Shown one piece after another: positions 25,722 through 39,636 of a stretch of DNA of 64,000 bases. The stretch lies in assembly GCF_035084215.1 (NCBI RefSeq), contig NC_090340.1, forward strand, positions 24,118,001-24,182,000, read 5' to 3'. Below the pieces are notes generated by a model that saw only the letters and a list, made by a program, of their open reading frames with translations, searched no databases and had not been told where the DNA came from. How positions within the stretch are numbered: the first letter of the stretch is position 1; every line of letters begins with the position of its first letter. The DNA comes from Heptranchias perlo (lineage: Eukaryota). The position numbers and the translations under genes are program-made.

Positions 25722-26012
25722 TTACAATGGCAACAATGCTCCTTTATTCTGGTAATTTATCTGTAAATTAGGAAACTGTATACAGCACAATAACGTAACT
25801 GAATATATCACTGCATCACTGATTAAATCTGCCAACAAAAGAATAATAATTAAAACTAAGAAAACAACCCAAAACCCACAGTGCAAAACTCCACAATGCA
25901 GCACATGTAACCTCCAATCTACCAGTAGAGTTAATACACCACAATGGTCCTTTCTAGTCCTATTTTCCAATAGAACTTGAATAAAGAAGCAATAAAAAGA
26001 GGCTTCTAGAAA

Positions 26013-27061
26013 AGGCCCAGTTACAGGTCAGTGTTCACAAAGGCCAGGAAACAGGGTAGGCCCAGTTACAGGTCAGTGTTCACAAAGGCCAGGAAGCAGG
26101 GTAGGCCCAGTTACAGGACAGTGTTCACAAAGACCAGGGGGCAGGGTAGGCCCAGTTACAGGTCAATGTTCACAAAGGCCAGGGGGCAGGGTAGGCCCAG
26201 TTACAGGTCAGTGTTCACAAAGGCCAGGGAGCAGGGTAGGCCCAGTTACAGGTCAGTGTTCACAAAGGCCAGGGGGCAGGGTAGGCCCAGTTACAGGTCA
26301 GTGTTCACAAAGGCCAGGGGGCAGGGTAGGCCCAGTTACAGGTCAATGTTCACAAAGGCCAGGGGGCAGGGTAGGCCCAGTTACAGGTCAGTGTTCACAA
26401 AGGCCAGGGGGCAGGGTAGGCCCAGTTACAGGTCAGTGTTCACAAAGACCAGGGGGCAGGGTAGGCCCAGTTACAGGTCAATATTCACAAAGGCCAGGGG
26501 GCAGGGTAGGCCCAGTTACAGGTCAATGTTCACAAAGGCCAGGGAGCAGGGTAGGCCCAGTTACAGGTCAGTGTTCACAAAGGCCAGGGGGCAGGGTAGG
26601 CCCAGTTACAGGTCAGTGTTCACAAAGGCCAGGGAGCAGGGTAGGCCCAGTTACAGGTCAGTGTTCACAAAGGCCAGGGATCAGGGTAGGCCCAGTTACA
26701 GGTCAATGTTCACAAAGGCCAGGGAGCAGGGTAGGCCCAGTTACAGGTCAGTGTTCACAAAGGCCAGGGGGCAGGGCAGGCCCAGTTACAGGTCAGTGTT
26801 CACAAAGGCCAGGGGGCAGGGTAGGCCCAGTTACAGGTCAATGTTCACAAAGGCCAGGGAGCAGGGTAGGCCCAGTTACAGGTCAATGTTCACAAAGGCC
26901 AGGGGGCAGGGCAGGCCCAGTTACAGGTCAGTGTTCACAAAGGCCAGGGGGCAGGGTAGGCCCAGTTACAGGTCAATGTTCACAAAGGCCAGGGAGCAGG
27001 GTAGGCCCAGTTACAGGTCAATGTTCACAAAGGCCAGGGGACAGGGCAGGCCCAGTTACAG
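26013..27061. repeat. 45-bp minisatellite, about 23 copies
   Basis: Unit aggcccagttacaggtcagtgttcacaaaggccagggggcagggt, highly homogeneous. Confidence 0.97.
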
Positions 27062-27339
27062 ATCATGATTGACAGAAGCCTGAGAGGTCACTGGCTGATG
27101 AATGGTGCTTAGTGTGTGGTGAAGAAAGGAATTAACATCATAATGCATAATTAGTTGCTTCTATATAGTTCCCAGTAATCAAGAAGTCGGGAAAGTGCCT
27201 ACAGAAAAGGACGGTTTATGCTTTCGGTCGTTATGGATTTTGATACTTTCTGCTCACGAGCATGGTACAGCAGTTAAATGCATATCATAATTCATCTCAT
27301 GAAACATTGTCATTTCTCTCTGCTCCAGGTAGGCATAAG

Positions 27340-27950
27340 CAGAACCATAGAAGTTGACAGCACAGAAGAAAGCCATTCAGCCCATCATGTCTGTGGCTGC
27401 TCTTTGCTAGAGCAATCTGGAACTAATTCCACTGCTCTGCTTTCTCCCCATAGCCCTATATCTTCCTTTGCTTTAAATGTTTATTCAGTTTTCCCTTAAA
27501 AGATTCAATGGTCTCAGCCTCAACCCCTTCCTGTGGCAAAGCATTCCATGCTCTAACAACCCTCTGCATAAAGAAATCTCTCATAACCTCTCTTCACTTT
27601 CTTAGTGATAATTTTAAATTAATGACCCTTCATCATTGACTCCCCAACCAAAGGAAATAATATTTCTCTATTCATTCCATCAATACCTTTCAGAATTTTA
27701 GAAACATCTATTAAATCTACCCTTAGCCTTTTCTAAGGGGAGTATCTGCTTATAACTATTGTCTCCCATCCCTGGAATCACCCTGATGAAACTATGCTAA
27801 ACACTCTCTATGGTTTCTATATTCTTTCTATAACGGGGATACCCAAAACTGCACACAATACTCTACCTGTGGCCGAGCCAGTGTTTTGTACAGATTTATT
27901 GTTACATCTTTACTCTTGTCCTCTACGACCCTGTTTATAAAACCCAAAAA
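27340..27950 (-). mobile_element. Degraded CR1 LINE 3' fragment
   Basis: The reverse strand shows LYKTLARPQVEYCVQFW-like and QRVVRAWNAL-like stretches. Confidence 0.7.
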
Positions 27951-28659
27951 GCTATTAAGTATTGTGGTATCTGAGGACAATAGTCTTTGTTCCAGCTTAT
28001 GTGAGTCACTGATGCCTATAACCTCCTATAGCGAGTTTGTGGAAATTGTCAGGAACTCCACTGTGTCAGAGGACTCCATTTTAACAGATCACATTCGTAA
28101 TCTGGTTTAAATGTACAACCTTGCCTGACACATACAGCACAGCTTAACATCATTGTCTCTCAGTACAATCAGTGCCGCATAGTTCATCGCTAAGGAGGGC
28201 ACGACTTTTAAAAATACATCAGAATGGAAATCAGTAGTTTCAGGCGCCGCTTACTTAGCCAGAGTCGGATTAGCTGATCCTCTCTGTGTAAATTTGTGTA
28301 AAGTCACCCGCGGAAATAAGACAGCTGGCGTACATGAAATATTAATGGGTCGAGGCTGCGGGAAGTAATAGAAGAATCTGAGAGAAAAATCAATTCAAAT
28401 CTGCACAGCTATTTAAAGAGAAATGAACACAGTTCAAGGAATGAATTACTGAGGTTGGCAAATAAGACTCTTATTGCACCAGTAGCTTGCTAATGAATTG
28501 AGGATCAGGCAGCAGATAATTAATCAAAAATTATTAAGGACATATCACTAAGGATCAGAGGCTCTGACTGGAAATTTATGATGTCAATGCTAAACTGTAT
28601 TCATACCCTGTAGTGAGCTGTCAATATTTTTGAAAGACTTATTAAAAACAAAGTAGTTT

Positions 28660-29020
28660 TTTGGGACTTGACAGGGTAGATGCTGAGAGGTTGTTTCCCC
28701 TGGCTGGAAGGTCTAGAACTAGGGAGCATAGTCTCAGGATAAGGGGTCGGCCATTTAAGACTGAGATGAGGAAGAATTTCTTCACTCAGAGGGTTGTGAA
28801 TCTTTGGAATTCTCTACCACAGAGGGCTGTGGATGCTCAGCCGTTAAATATATTCAAGGCTGAGATAGATAGATTTTTGGACTCCAGGGGATTCAAGGGA
28901 AATGGGGTTCGGGCGGGAAGGTGGAGTTGAGGTCGAAGATCAGCCATGATCTTATTGAATGGCAGAGCAGGCTCGAGGGGCCGTACAGCCTACTCCTGCA
29001 CCTAATTCTTATGTTCTTTC
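28660..29020 (+). mobile_element. CR1 LINE 3' end
   Basis: GLDRVDAERLFPLAGRSRTREHSLRIRGRPFKTEMRKNFFTQRVVNLWNSLP. Confidence 0.88.
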
Positions 29021-30141
29021 AGCACTGCCAAAAATGGAATGTGGTGCCGCAAATATAGCAACATTTTACAAACTGCTGGACATTATTTTGAATTTATAGT
29101 GTTTGTTGTAAATGTATTGCCAAGTGAATGGCAGGCAGGTTTGACAGCACTGAGGATAATTCATTACCAGTTTTTAATTAAAAAACTAAGAACTCTTATC
29201 CCCAGTGGAAGAGGTGTCCTTGGTTCTGTCCAATAGGCATTTTATGAGGTGATTGAAACAGAAGAAATCAGGGGAATGGCTCCAGGAAATCCTTTCCATT
29301 CCACACAGAGCTATGTACTAAAAGACACTTTTGGAATATTGGCCATGTTTAAAACAGAATAAATTGTGCACTTCAAAGAGGGGAAATTATAGCGTGCTGG
29401 TGCCAATAGAAAGCTAGAGTGGGGGGGGGGGGAAGAACATTATTATAATTTGCTGACATAGTCTGTCTAATCTACATAGGAATAAACAATGCTATATTTG
29501 TCATACTCTGACTCTCTATTTGCAAATTTCTGAACTTACATTTCCATGGGATTGTCTCAAGTTTTCACATTCTTAAATCTGCAAGAAATCACAATGCACC
29601 AGGTAGGGAACGTATCACTCAGCAAGTAGCAATGAAAAGCACCAATCCTAAAGTGCAAACAACGACAAATCAAATATGGGCAGTCAGCAACAGTACCCAT
29701 AAAGAAAAAGTGAAAGCTTGCTGATAAAAATTTCTCCAAATATTTTTTGAAAACCCCTTTGGCCACTATCTCGGTTTCTGCACTATGCTGAGGGTTTACT
29801 ACTGGAAATAAGGTTTGTAGCACAATAAAGACATAAAAATTTAGAAAACTCACAAGAAAGTGATAGGAGAACATGTTTGAGCCCCAGTGTTAGAGTGGAG
29901 GTGGGATGGCAGCGGGGGGGGGGGGGGTGGTGAATGGGCACGCGGGTAACCCGACCAATAAAAAATGTCCATTTCCCACGCGATCGCAATTCAATTGGTG
30001 CCACTTAACGTGGCTTCCGGGTTTTCTGTCTGAAAGCTGAGGAGCAGGCAGACTTCGCACCTGCATCACAGGCTGTCAGCTGGAGGAGTTCTATTTAAAG
30101 GGCCATTGCTCCAAAGGCTTTTGCTGGAGCAAACACCCACA

Positions 30142-31962
30142 ATGGGGCAGCACAGGGGCAAGGCTGCTCCAAGGTTTAACGATGCCTCACTCCAGGTGCT
30201 ACTGGATGGGGTGAGGAGGAGGAGGGATGTATTTTACTCGGCGGACAGGAGAAAGTGGCCTGTCTCTGCCACCAAGAAGGCCTGGCTCGAGGTGGCAGAG
30301 GAGGTCACCAGCTGCAGCAACATCTTCCGCACCTGGATCCAGTGCAGGAAGCACTTCAATGATCTAACTTGGACAGCCAAAGTGAGTACACTTACTCATT
30401 CTCCTACATTCTGTGTTGCACATCACCGTGCCCCCCCACCCCCCCCACATTCTGCAACGCCAAGACTATCGAAACACTCCTCACACCCACTTAAGGCTCA
30501 TCCTCAACTTACCTGCACTTCCTCAGCACTTCTTCACCTCCCCGTTACTCACCCCACCACTACCACTCACCCCAATCCTCATCCAATGTGATGGCTCTGT
30601 CTCAGACTCACCCTCTGATGCACCTCTTTCACGGTCAGCCTCACCCAAAGCAATGCATTCATCACTTCACCATCACTCACTCACACGTCTGTTCTTTGTC
30701 CCCCTCTAGGAGAAGAGTGTGTAAAATGCACGCGAGAGGGCGAGGACCAGAGGAGTGGCCACAACAAATAGTAGTCCTCACAGACGCGGAGCAGGAGGCG
30801 CTGGAGCTCAGCCGCACCATCGAGTGCCTGTCCATCGGGGACGCCGAGACTGGCACCTGACAAACGTCCGGTGACACAACTTTAACATTCATCACACGCA
30901 ATATGAATTGATGTTAACATGCCTAGCCATATTCAACACCTCAGTATGCTCATCGCAACATGACACATCTATGATGATGCTTAATATCGCCTGCCGGCCT
31001 CTGAGCGTGCATCATCACATCTTAGTGAGCCATCCACCAGCACAGATACTCACATCTCGGTGAGTCCTAGTACTCAGTTAGTTGGGTTGGTACCTGGTGA
31101 TTCACCACACACAAGTGAGCACAAGCAGACACTGGTGACAGGGGCAGCTGTGGAGAGTCTGCGTCGGTGGGAGCACTCCTCTCCAGGCTCTGCTCAGCTG
31201 GACGCAGATGCTGAACCCGGAAGGCCATCCTTTAAAAGGAGAATGATCGAGGGATAGCAGCACATTTGCGAGGTACTGGAACAGGTGCCACGGGCACTTT
31301 CCACAATAGCGCAGAGGATGGAGAAGTCCAACTCCTGCATGAGTGGAATGGTGGCACAGGTACGGGAGGGAATCTCTGAGATACAGTCACAGGAATGTAT
31401 GCAACTCTCTGAGTTACTGTTACAGGTAAGTGTGGAAATGTCTGCGATGGAGAGAAGGCTGGCCTCCGTTGAGCTTCAAGCATGGCTCACAAATGAGTCC
31501 ATTCAGGCCCTGACAACGGCCATTTGGACTCAGGGTGAACAACATTCTGCCGCCTTAGACAGGCAGACAGATATACTGGCACTGGCCTTACACTTCCTCC
31601 AAACTGTTGTCCAGCAGAGTTGTAGGAGTGATGTGGCCCTGGCCCAGGGGAGGAATGATGACAAAAGGGGACATGGAAGTGGGGACGCTACTCAAAGTGT
31701 TCCCAAGTCTCACCCGTTGCCCACCTCTCAACCAGTACCCACAATGCTGCCTCCTCTCCCGGTGGCTGATTCTGCCCCTGCACAAGTGCAGGTGGAGCAG
31801 CCTTTGGCGGGGCCCTCACGGGCTCCAAATCAAAGAGGGCATAGGCTCAAAGCATCTAAGCAGTCAAGGCATGAACAAGAGCAACCTGCCACTACCTCTG
31901 CTGCAGGCACAGGGGATGCACCACGTAGAATTAGTCTTAAGAGGAAGGTGAAGGTTTTGTAA
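30142..31962 (+). pseudogene. Harbinger accessory Myb/SANT-like DNA-binding protein gene (NAIF1/MSANTD-like), about 3 exons, with stops
   Basis: Exon 1 (30142-30381) reads MGQHRGKAAPRFNDASLQVLLDGVRRRR...KKAWLEVAEEV...RTWIQCRKHFNDL..AK|gtgagt. Acceptor ctctag|GAG at 30710, with an in-frame TAA in exon 2. The last exon includes a coiled-coil-like ORF (31285-31962). TATA-like ctatttaaag at 30091. Confidence 0.85.
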
Positions 31963-32279
31963 GCACGAAGGGTATGCACAAGGGTGTTTAACAGACTGTC
32001 ATGTTTTTCATTTATGTTTGCTTTTTGTTAAAGTGACATCTAATGTTATGATTGTCACCACTACTGCCACTTCTTGCCCATTCTTGACTGGCTTTTGTGA
32101 TAGGGCCCTTTCATGAGGTTCACCATGAACGGCGACACTTGATGCCACCCATTGGGTCACTTTACAGTGGGTGTATGTGTAGTTGCAGGACTGTTTTGTG
32201 CAGAGAGGGGTGGGCGGACTGGTACGGACGCTGCTCTTTCAAGGTGGTGTGAGGACTGGATACTTCACACTTTCTGATG

Positions 32280-33474
32280 TTAGGAGAACTGTTCACATAT
32301 CAGTGACTTCCTGGCCTCACGAGCAGCCAGGGGAGCCGCTGCTCTGCCCATGGGTTCCTCCTCCTCTTCCTCCTCCTCAATGTGGGTGGCAGATGTGGAT
32401 GGGGCCTCCTCAAGCGGCACCCCTCTCTGTTGTGCCATGTTGTGCAGGGCACAACACACCACTATAATGTGTCCCACTCTGTCTGGTGCGTATTGAAGCG
32501 CTCCCCCAGAACGATCAAGGCACCTAAATCGCATCTTGAGCAGCCCTATAGAATGCTCAATTGTAGACCTGGTGGCGATGTGGCTGTCGTTATATCGACA
32601 CTGTTGCTCAGTGATGGGGTTCCTCAGAGGTGTCATGAGCCACGTGTACAGGGGATATCCCTTCTCCCCGAGGAGCCAGCCCTTTATGGTGTTTGGTGCG
32701 TGGAAGAGGGGCCGGATGTTGGATTCCCTCAGGATGAAGGAATTGTGGCAGTTGCCAGGGAATCTGGCGCACATGTGAAAAAATCTTTTGCGGTGGTCAC
32801 AAACGAGCTGAGTGTTGATGGACTGATAGCTCTTCCTGTTGATGAACAGTCCTGGCTCGTGTGGAGGTGCTTGTATTGCTATATCGGTGCAATCGATTAC
32901 ACCCTGTACCCGTGGGAAGCCAGCCACAGAGTGGAATTCCACTGCCCTCGCGTCTGGCTGAGGTCGTCATGGGGAAGTTGACGTACTGCGAGGCTCTGCG
33001 AAACAAGCCGTTGGTGACCTGCCTTATGCACTTGTGTGCTGATGACTGAGAGACCCCGGCGATGCTCTCAGTGGCACCGTGGAATAATCCGAAGGTGAAG
33101 AAGTTGAGGGCAGTGGTGATTTTGACAGCGACGAGTAATGAGATGTCACTCGGCCCAGCCGGGAGCAGCTCGGCATGAAGGAGGCTGCAGATGTCTGCGA
33201 CTACCTGGCGACTGACAATGAGCCTCCGCATGCACTGCTCCTCAGAGAGGTCCAGGAAGCTGAGCCTCAGTCTGTAGACCCTGTGGCGAGGGTAGTGTCT
33301 CCTGTGACATCGCTCTCTCTGTTGTGGCCCCCTGTGCTCCTGTGCAGGTGCGCTGGCGCAGCACTGTGTTGTGGAGCTCCACGTGGTGGAGGTGGATGTC
33401 GTGCCTGGTGAGGCTGGTGATGTTACTCGTCCTCGGATGTAGTGGTGAATGCAGCCATTGCGCCCCCCCCCCAT
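32280..33474 (-). pseudogene. Harbinger (HARBI1-like, DDE_Tnp_4) transposase with frameshifts and a stop
   Basis: Motifs AVKITTALNFF, GFPRVQGVIDCTDI, NRKSYQSINTQLVCDH, ARFPGNCHNSFIL, WLLGEKGYPL and RSTIEHSIGLLKMRFRCLD. Split over two frames (32797-33474 and 32280-32942). The usual GD motif reads GE. Confidence 0.92.
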
Positions 33475-34364
33475 CTTGATGGTGTCAGTTTGAGGGGGTC
33501 CGAAAAGTTGTTAAATATATGTGAACAGAAGAATTGTGAATGGAAAGTAAGAATTTTCAGTAAAAACACAAAGATCTCGCAGCCAAAACTTTGTGTGAAA
33601 GAACAGAGTGCCCTGCAGCAAGAACTCACCTTTTCTCCCCATGTGTCAAACAAGCATTTGAATGTCCAACTGGCTGCTGGCTGAAACACGACTGGTAGAA
33701 CATGGAGTGTTTCCCACAGCATGGGAAACATGCTGAGGATGTTTAAAAATCGGACCCCTGTCTCAATGTGCAAAAATAAGTACTTCAAGTACTTCAAGCA
33801 TCTACATAAGTCTCTTAACTGTCATCCCGCCAGCTTTAGTTGCCGGTGGGACTTCCGCATTTGGGAGGCGCGAGAGCACCCAGACACCTCAGTGGGGAAC
33901 CCGGAAGTCTGCGGGTTGGAGCCGGGTTCCGAACCCGCTTGGGATTTCCATGATTTTCGGAGACCCCCGCCCCTAACGCACCTGCTACTTCACTGGAAAC
34001 TTGACCCCTTTGTGTTTGAAATGCTTGTAGCGATGTTTCTGCTGTGGGGTTGTGCCTATGTGAGAAGCTTGAGCCTTGACTATAAGCAGATTCCCAGACC
34101 CACAACTATTAACTGAAAAGACTCAAGCTAACAGGCTACAGCTCCCAGCAAGCACTTGTGCATACACCATCTAGAAATATTCTTGATTGACAAGACTGAC
34201 CATTCAAGGATGGGTTAGGATTTACTTTTTGCTGCTACTCCTCCCCTCTGGCATATCACTGAGTGAAATACCCAAGGAAACCATTTTTAGGACAGTGGAA
34301 GTAATGAGATTTTTTTTATATAGAACCAACAAAAACAAGGTAAAGTTTAAATGCTTCAAAGTAC

Positions 34365-34690
34365 TGAACCCTGCAGACTAAGTACATACCAGGTTCAATT
34401 GCCAGCCTGTGCTGAGTTAGCTGATGTCAGCCAAGGTATTATTTATGGTCCTATAATTGGCCTTAGTGCCAAGGGGAGAAGGAAATCGGCCAGAGTTCTC
34501 ACTTTTGATTGCTAGCCATTGGCCCCTGCTTAAAAGTGCCTGTGCGTGGATGTTGGGTGAGGACAGGATCAGGTTTTGTGGTCTAATAGCCTTCCAGCAC
34601 ACATTGCCCAGGCTCACACAGGAAGAAGGACCAGCTGGACAAGGTACTGGAGCATTGCCAGTGCCTGTGGAAACACACCCCAACGTGACC
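34365..34690 (+). mobile_element. tRNA-derived SINE family (further copies near 600-830, 19450-19600, 39260-39380, 41760-41860, 42790-43055 and 52640-52760)
   Basis: B-box-like ccaggttcaatt, then a recurrent gctgagttagctgat(c/g)tcagcc...aattggcct.agtgcc core seen in several dispersed copies. Confidence 0.6.
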
Positions 34691-37600
34691 TAATTCAAAA
34701 AGTACCATGAAGCCGATAATGTTTATCTTCACTGCAATTGCACATCGGGCACTGGCACAGGGTTGCCAGCTCTGGTTGGACAAATTCCTGGAGGTTTCAT
34801 CACATGACCTCCCGTTTCCAACCACCCCAACCAGTCAAACAGCCTTTTTATTCCCAGCTCCAATATTTTTATAACTAATAAACAAAAGTTTGTTGCTTGC
34901 CACATTTAATATACTCGACCAAACACTTTGTAATGTCAGCAAGGCACAGTGCCCTTTTAAAACCTGGGCATGCCGGTGCATTTGGAATATGCATGAACAT
35001 TTGTCAGAACGCTGAATGTTTGTCCTCTATGATTCTGCACCGAGTTGGCAGTGAAATGCTGTCAAGATGCACTGTAAAGCAATATTGTACAATTACGCAC
35101 AATGTGAGCATTACCTACCTGGGATTTTCTGGGACCGGCAAATTTCTTCACCTGCTTCCAGATTTGGTGCACAGGTGAGGCAGCATTAACTCTTTCCCAC
35201 ACCTCCACCCCCAGGTTGCTCTAATGTTGCTCTCCAGTGGACGATAACAGTTCAGCTCCAAAAAGGACAACCCTTCCTTCAAGGGCCTCCCACAGCAGCA
35301 ACTCCAAAATGGATTCATTTTAAAGGAGCAGTTCACGTTCTGCAACTTGCTCCACCCATTTCCTCCCCTGGGACAGCTTTTCAGGCAAGCAGCAGGTCTT
35401 TAAGAAACCTCTGAACCTCCCCCCCCACCTTATATAAATGAGCTGGCCTCACGTTATGGCAAGAGATGAGCTCAGTGCTGGGAAGCTGCACTCAATGACC
35501 AAAGAGCAGCAGTTCCATACAACTGATGCCACTGAACCACATTATCAGCCTAAATAACTGGTTTCCATTGGTGAAGAGGGAGAAGAAAATCTGGAGGGCG
35601 GGGGGGGGGGGGAAGGAGGGAAGGCAGGAATACATTTTTTTAAAGTAGGCTTTGAACCAGCACAAATAGACTGACTCTGGGAGGTACTCTCATTTGTGCC
35701 AATACCAATACCATTACGTTGCACATTCTCACCGATTTCTCAATATGGCAACGCTGAAAGGACTGTGTAACAGACTGGTGAACATAAGGCAGGGCAATCA
35801 GTAAACAAAACCAAAGGAAAAAGCACAGAAACATGGCAGATCCTTATACAATCAGAATCTTTACTGCAAAAGGCAACCCTCACAAATAGTTATGTAACTG
35901 GATTTATTCTAAAAATGTAACAAATATCTTACATGTTTACAGAGTAAATGCAACATAAATAACAAAAATACAATTAACAAGAGAATATTAACTAAAATTA
36001 ATTATATTGCAGCAGGCTACTCAATAATACAAGTGTTATTCTTTCCACTGTCTTCCCTTATAACACCAACACCTAGTTACTTTTTCAGTACTTTACACAC
36101 TTCCAGAAAATTTGGTTTTGACTTTGTTTCATGGATTGTTATTAATAATAAATTATTACAATGCAAATATATTTAACTGGAAAATATTTGTTATTTCCCA
36201 AATGTATCTGGGTATTGTATAGGTCTTTGTATATAGCCTAAAAATCCTAAAAATGTTAGAATCTTAATACAAAATGCTTAACCTGATAGCACTCTCAGGT
36301 TTTTACACTCGCCCTTAGGATTTTCTATTGTTTTGTTGATCTCTGAATCTTCCTGAGTAAATTTAAGCAGACACACATAAAAAGACATTATCATAGACAT
36401 AGATTATAATAGTATTTACCTTTAACAGTAGCTAAAGCTCATTCGCTCTACACAAGCCCCAAAATTCTAGCAGATCCATGGATTCCCTCCCCTATCTAAC
36501 AGGGCATCTGAACCTCAGCAACAATTCTGGCCCTGGTCATTAGTCACCATCAGTTCTCATGCCCCTTTCAGTTACCCTGCCCTGACCAGAAACTAGACAC
36601 ATGTTATATCTTGCCTTGAGTGTTTCCATTTCTCTTATGATAGATGCACAGTGTTCAGCAGATAGTTAAGTTCCCTCTCCGTATAATCTGACCTATTGGC
36701 CTGTTTAATTCCCACCGCAAGAATGATATAATTGATTCTTTTTAATTGATTAGATCAAATTGACTGTCAATTTTTTTTTGCCTTTTCCTTGGAGTTGATG
36801 ACATTATCATGAAGAGTGAACGAGCTCCTGCTGACAGCATTTCCTGCTGTGGGACCAAACAGTCCCAGCTGTGGAGATTATGGAGCCTTTTGATTCCTTT
36901 ATCACGCCAGCACAAATGATTTTCATTTTCATTGGCATCTCTCCCCACATTAGCACTATAAAAAATGCAGTAATAAAAGAGTGCAGGAAATCATCAGGCC
37001 TGTGTTGCATAACAGGAACTTCCTGACCTCAATGCCATCGCGCATATGGACAATGGAGACAAATTAACTTTCAAATACCAGCATGGAGATGTAAGGGGCG
37101 ATTCCACAATCCCGCGATTCCAGTGGGGAACTATGCTTCCAGGCAACACAGCTTGGAGAATCAGGGCTACAATGTTGGTGGCGCTGTCACCGACCCATTC
37201 TCCCTGTGAAAGCAGCTTCCCGATGAGAGTGTGGGATCGTAATATCACCCCTGTAGTTTCACCCATTGCATATAATCAAAAAACAAAAGTTTGAAGGGGA
37301 AACATCAAGCTACAGAACATGGATTAAATAAACAGGTTCCTCCTCTGGTAACTCACTCCAAACAATGTTTTTTTTTTCATTTTCATGGATAAAGTAAATT
37401 TCAAAATGGATCCCTTCCATTCGTGGGCAGTGGCCATTTTCTGCCATTAGCTGGGTTCTTAATGGTTTCACACTGATTGCTGCTGACTGATGCAAGACAC
37501 CTAAAATGGTCTTGGCAGGAGGGGCTTCCTTAATTGGGAGATTTCATTGTTATTCTTTACTTGTGATTAAACCTAGATGAGTGTGTTTTAACATCCATCT

Positions 37601-39636
37601 GATTAAAGGGAGGGGAGAGGGAAGGAACTTAGAACCCATAGAATCCCTAGATTCCCATGCAGTGTTGAGCAGTAACTTGTGTAACATTGTGTATGGATTT
37701 CCCAAGGCCATTTGTTAATAAGCTCTCCACAGTAATCAGCTCTCAGTAAGGAGAAATGTCTGCTTTGAAACTCATTTTATTGTTAAATGAACCAAGAAAA
37801 TAGGATTGCAATAGGGCTCCAGCTCCTGATCAGTCTTTTACCAAAATATTCCTGTACACCTTAAACACCTCTCTGTGTACTGTCAGAAACTAAATGCAGC
37901 TTAAAAAATGCAGAAGCATTGCAACTGCGGGACCATTCTGTTAATAAATAAATACTGTCTGTCTGTAGCTTATTGTTCATAAGATATACTGAAAACCATC
38001 AGCCACTTGGACTGTGTGAAGCCCATTGCTCACAAGTTGGAGGGTCTGTCGGAGGACAGATCTAAAGCAATGCTGGGAGGAGCTGTCACTGCGCAGATCA
38101 AACGAAGCAGCGTTTTTCCAGTGCACAGAGGAATTCTGATAGTATCTGACAACCCTGAATTCGTGTTAGGAGCTAGATATTGGAGGAATGTTCTGTACAT
38201 TAAATAGAAGTTGTTAGGAATGTGGACTGTACCTTTAATAATACCCAACCTTTCACCCCTGCCAGTTCTACTTCAAATTCACTTTTTGTTGCTGTGGGAA
38301 CTGACCAAAGTGGTTTAATGTTTCGTTTAGGACAGGATCCTAACAGGTAGTGTCTCTGATGCTACGCAGTTTCCGTTATGCATGTATATTGTAAATACAT
38401 ATGAAAACAGTCCCACCTTCCCATTTTATCTCCCACTTCCACTCTTTCCCTGCAGGGTACATGAATACTTTCATTAAAATTGTTTATAGTATAACTTGCA
38501 CGATGCTTGGTACTGAATGGTGAAACCAGAAGAGTCTGTTAATCTGCGCAGGGCATTTATCTCCCCCAGCCTACCCTAGCGTCCAATGAAAGTAAGATGC
38601 CATTAGCTGCCATCATAGATTAGGCTGTATCCATTTGTTTTACTACATCCTGGTGTCCCTACTAATGGTTTTAGGCTAATTCAGTGCCCTGGTTTTAATG
38701 TATCTTTCTACCATACATGATCAAATCACTTCCATGATATATTTTTCAGATTTCATGTAAATGATATTACAATTAAGAATGAACAACATTTTGGGAAGAG
38801 AATGTTTGCATTGGCATCTCCAGAACCACTCCACTTACTGATATTCATATTTAAGATTAATATTTAAATAGCTGACATCTATTATTTAAACCACCAAACT
38901 AACGTGATATAAACAGAATGTATGATGAGGACCTGTGGGATATATAAATCTCATTTGTACACTCAACATATCTCACTTGCAAGGCCATCATTCGTGAGTT
39001 ATCAGATCAGCCTGTTTGTGAGATATGAATCATAACCCACAGTTCCTCAACATGTATCTTCCATATCTAACGTTTCTCATTTACTTTGGTGTTTTTCCCT
39101 CTTCTGCCAATATTCTTGCCTCCATAGTATAGACAGTGAGTGTTGACAAGCCTCCTCAGCACAATCAGCATCATAGCCAAACCCAATCCTGTTCTCCCTT
39201 GAAGTCCACAATAGGCCCACACTTCCCCCCTCCCCCTCACAACCGCGCACTTCAAGTAGGAGTCACTGGATATCAACTAGGAGTAGGACTCCTGGCCAAT
39301 TTATTCTCCCTAACTGAAGTCAATTGCAGTGTCCCTACCACTGCAACAGCAAGAGATGGGCTAACTCAGGCTAAACCTAGGACTTTGAGGGTCAAGTCTG
39401 ACCAGAAGTGGGACGGAGCATGATTTGGGCCTGAACTATGTCATCAGCACTAATCCCACTGTAATTTCCATTGTCAGCATCATTACATGATGGACAAGCA
39501 CCAGGCATCAGAAATGTTTTTGATTGGGAGCTCACCCATTGGGCTTTGCAGCTGCAGGATTCAAAGGCCTTTGCAGCTTCAAGTGATGGGCATCATCCTA
39601 ATTGTTTTCATTGTAGCAAAGATCAGAGAAATAAAA

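Larger units (their letters stand above)
29879..34008. mobile_element. PIF/Harbinger DNA transposon, near full length and decayed, with convergent Myb/SANT and transposase genes
   Basis: Degenerate termini (gagccccagtgttag... / ...gaaacttgacccc), a 3-bp TTT duplication on both flanks, GC/CpG-rich subterminal regions and two convergent genes typical of Harbinger. Confidence 0.88.

Noticed and set aside
26031-27068. 345-aa ORF as a real protein-coding gene
   Set aside because: It coincides exactly with a 45-bp tandem array, has no unique coding flank or splice evidence, and the open frame follows from the unit length.
32280-33474. Domesticated host HARBI1 gene
   Set aside because: It has frameshifts, a stop and altered conserved residues, and lies inside TIRs/TSD with a Myb partner, so it is a transposon copy.
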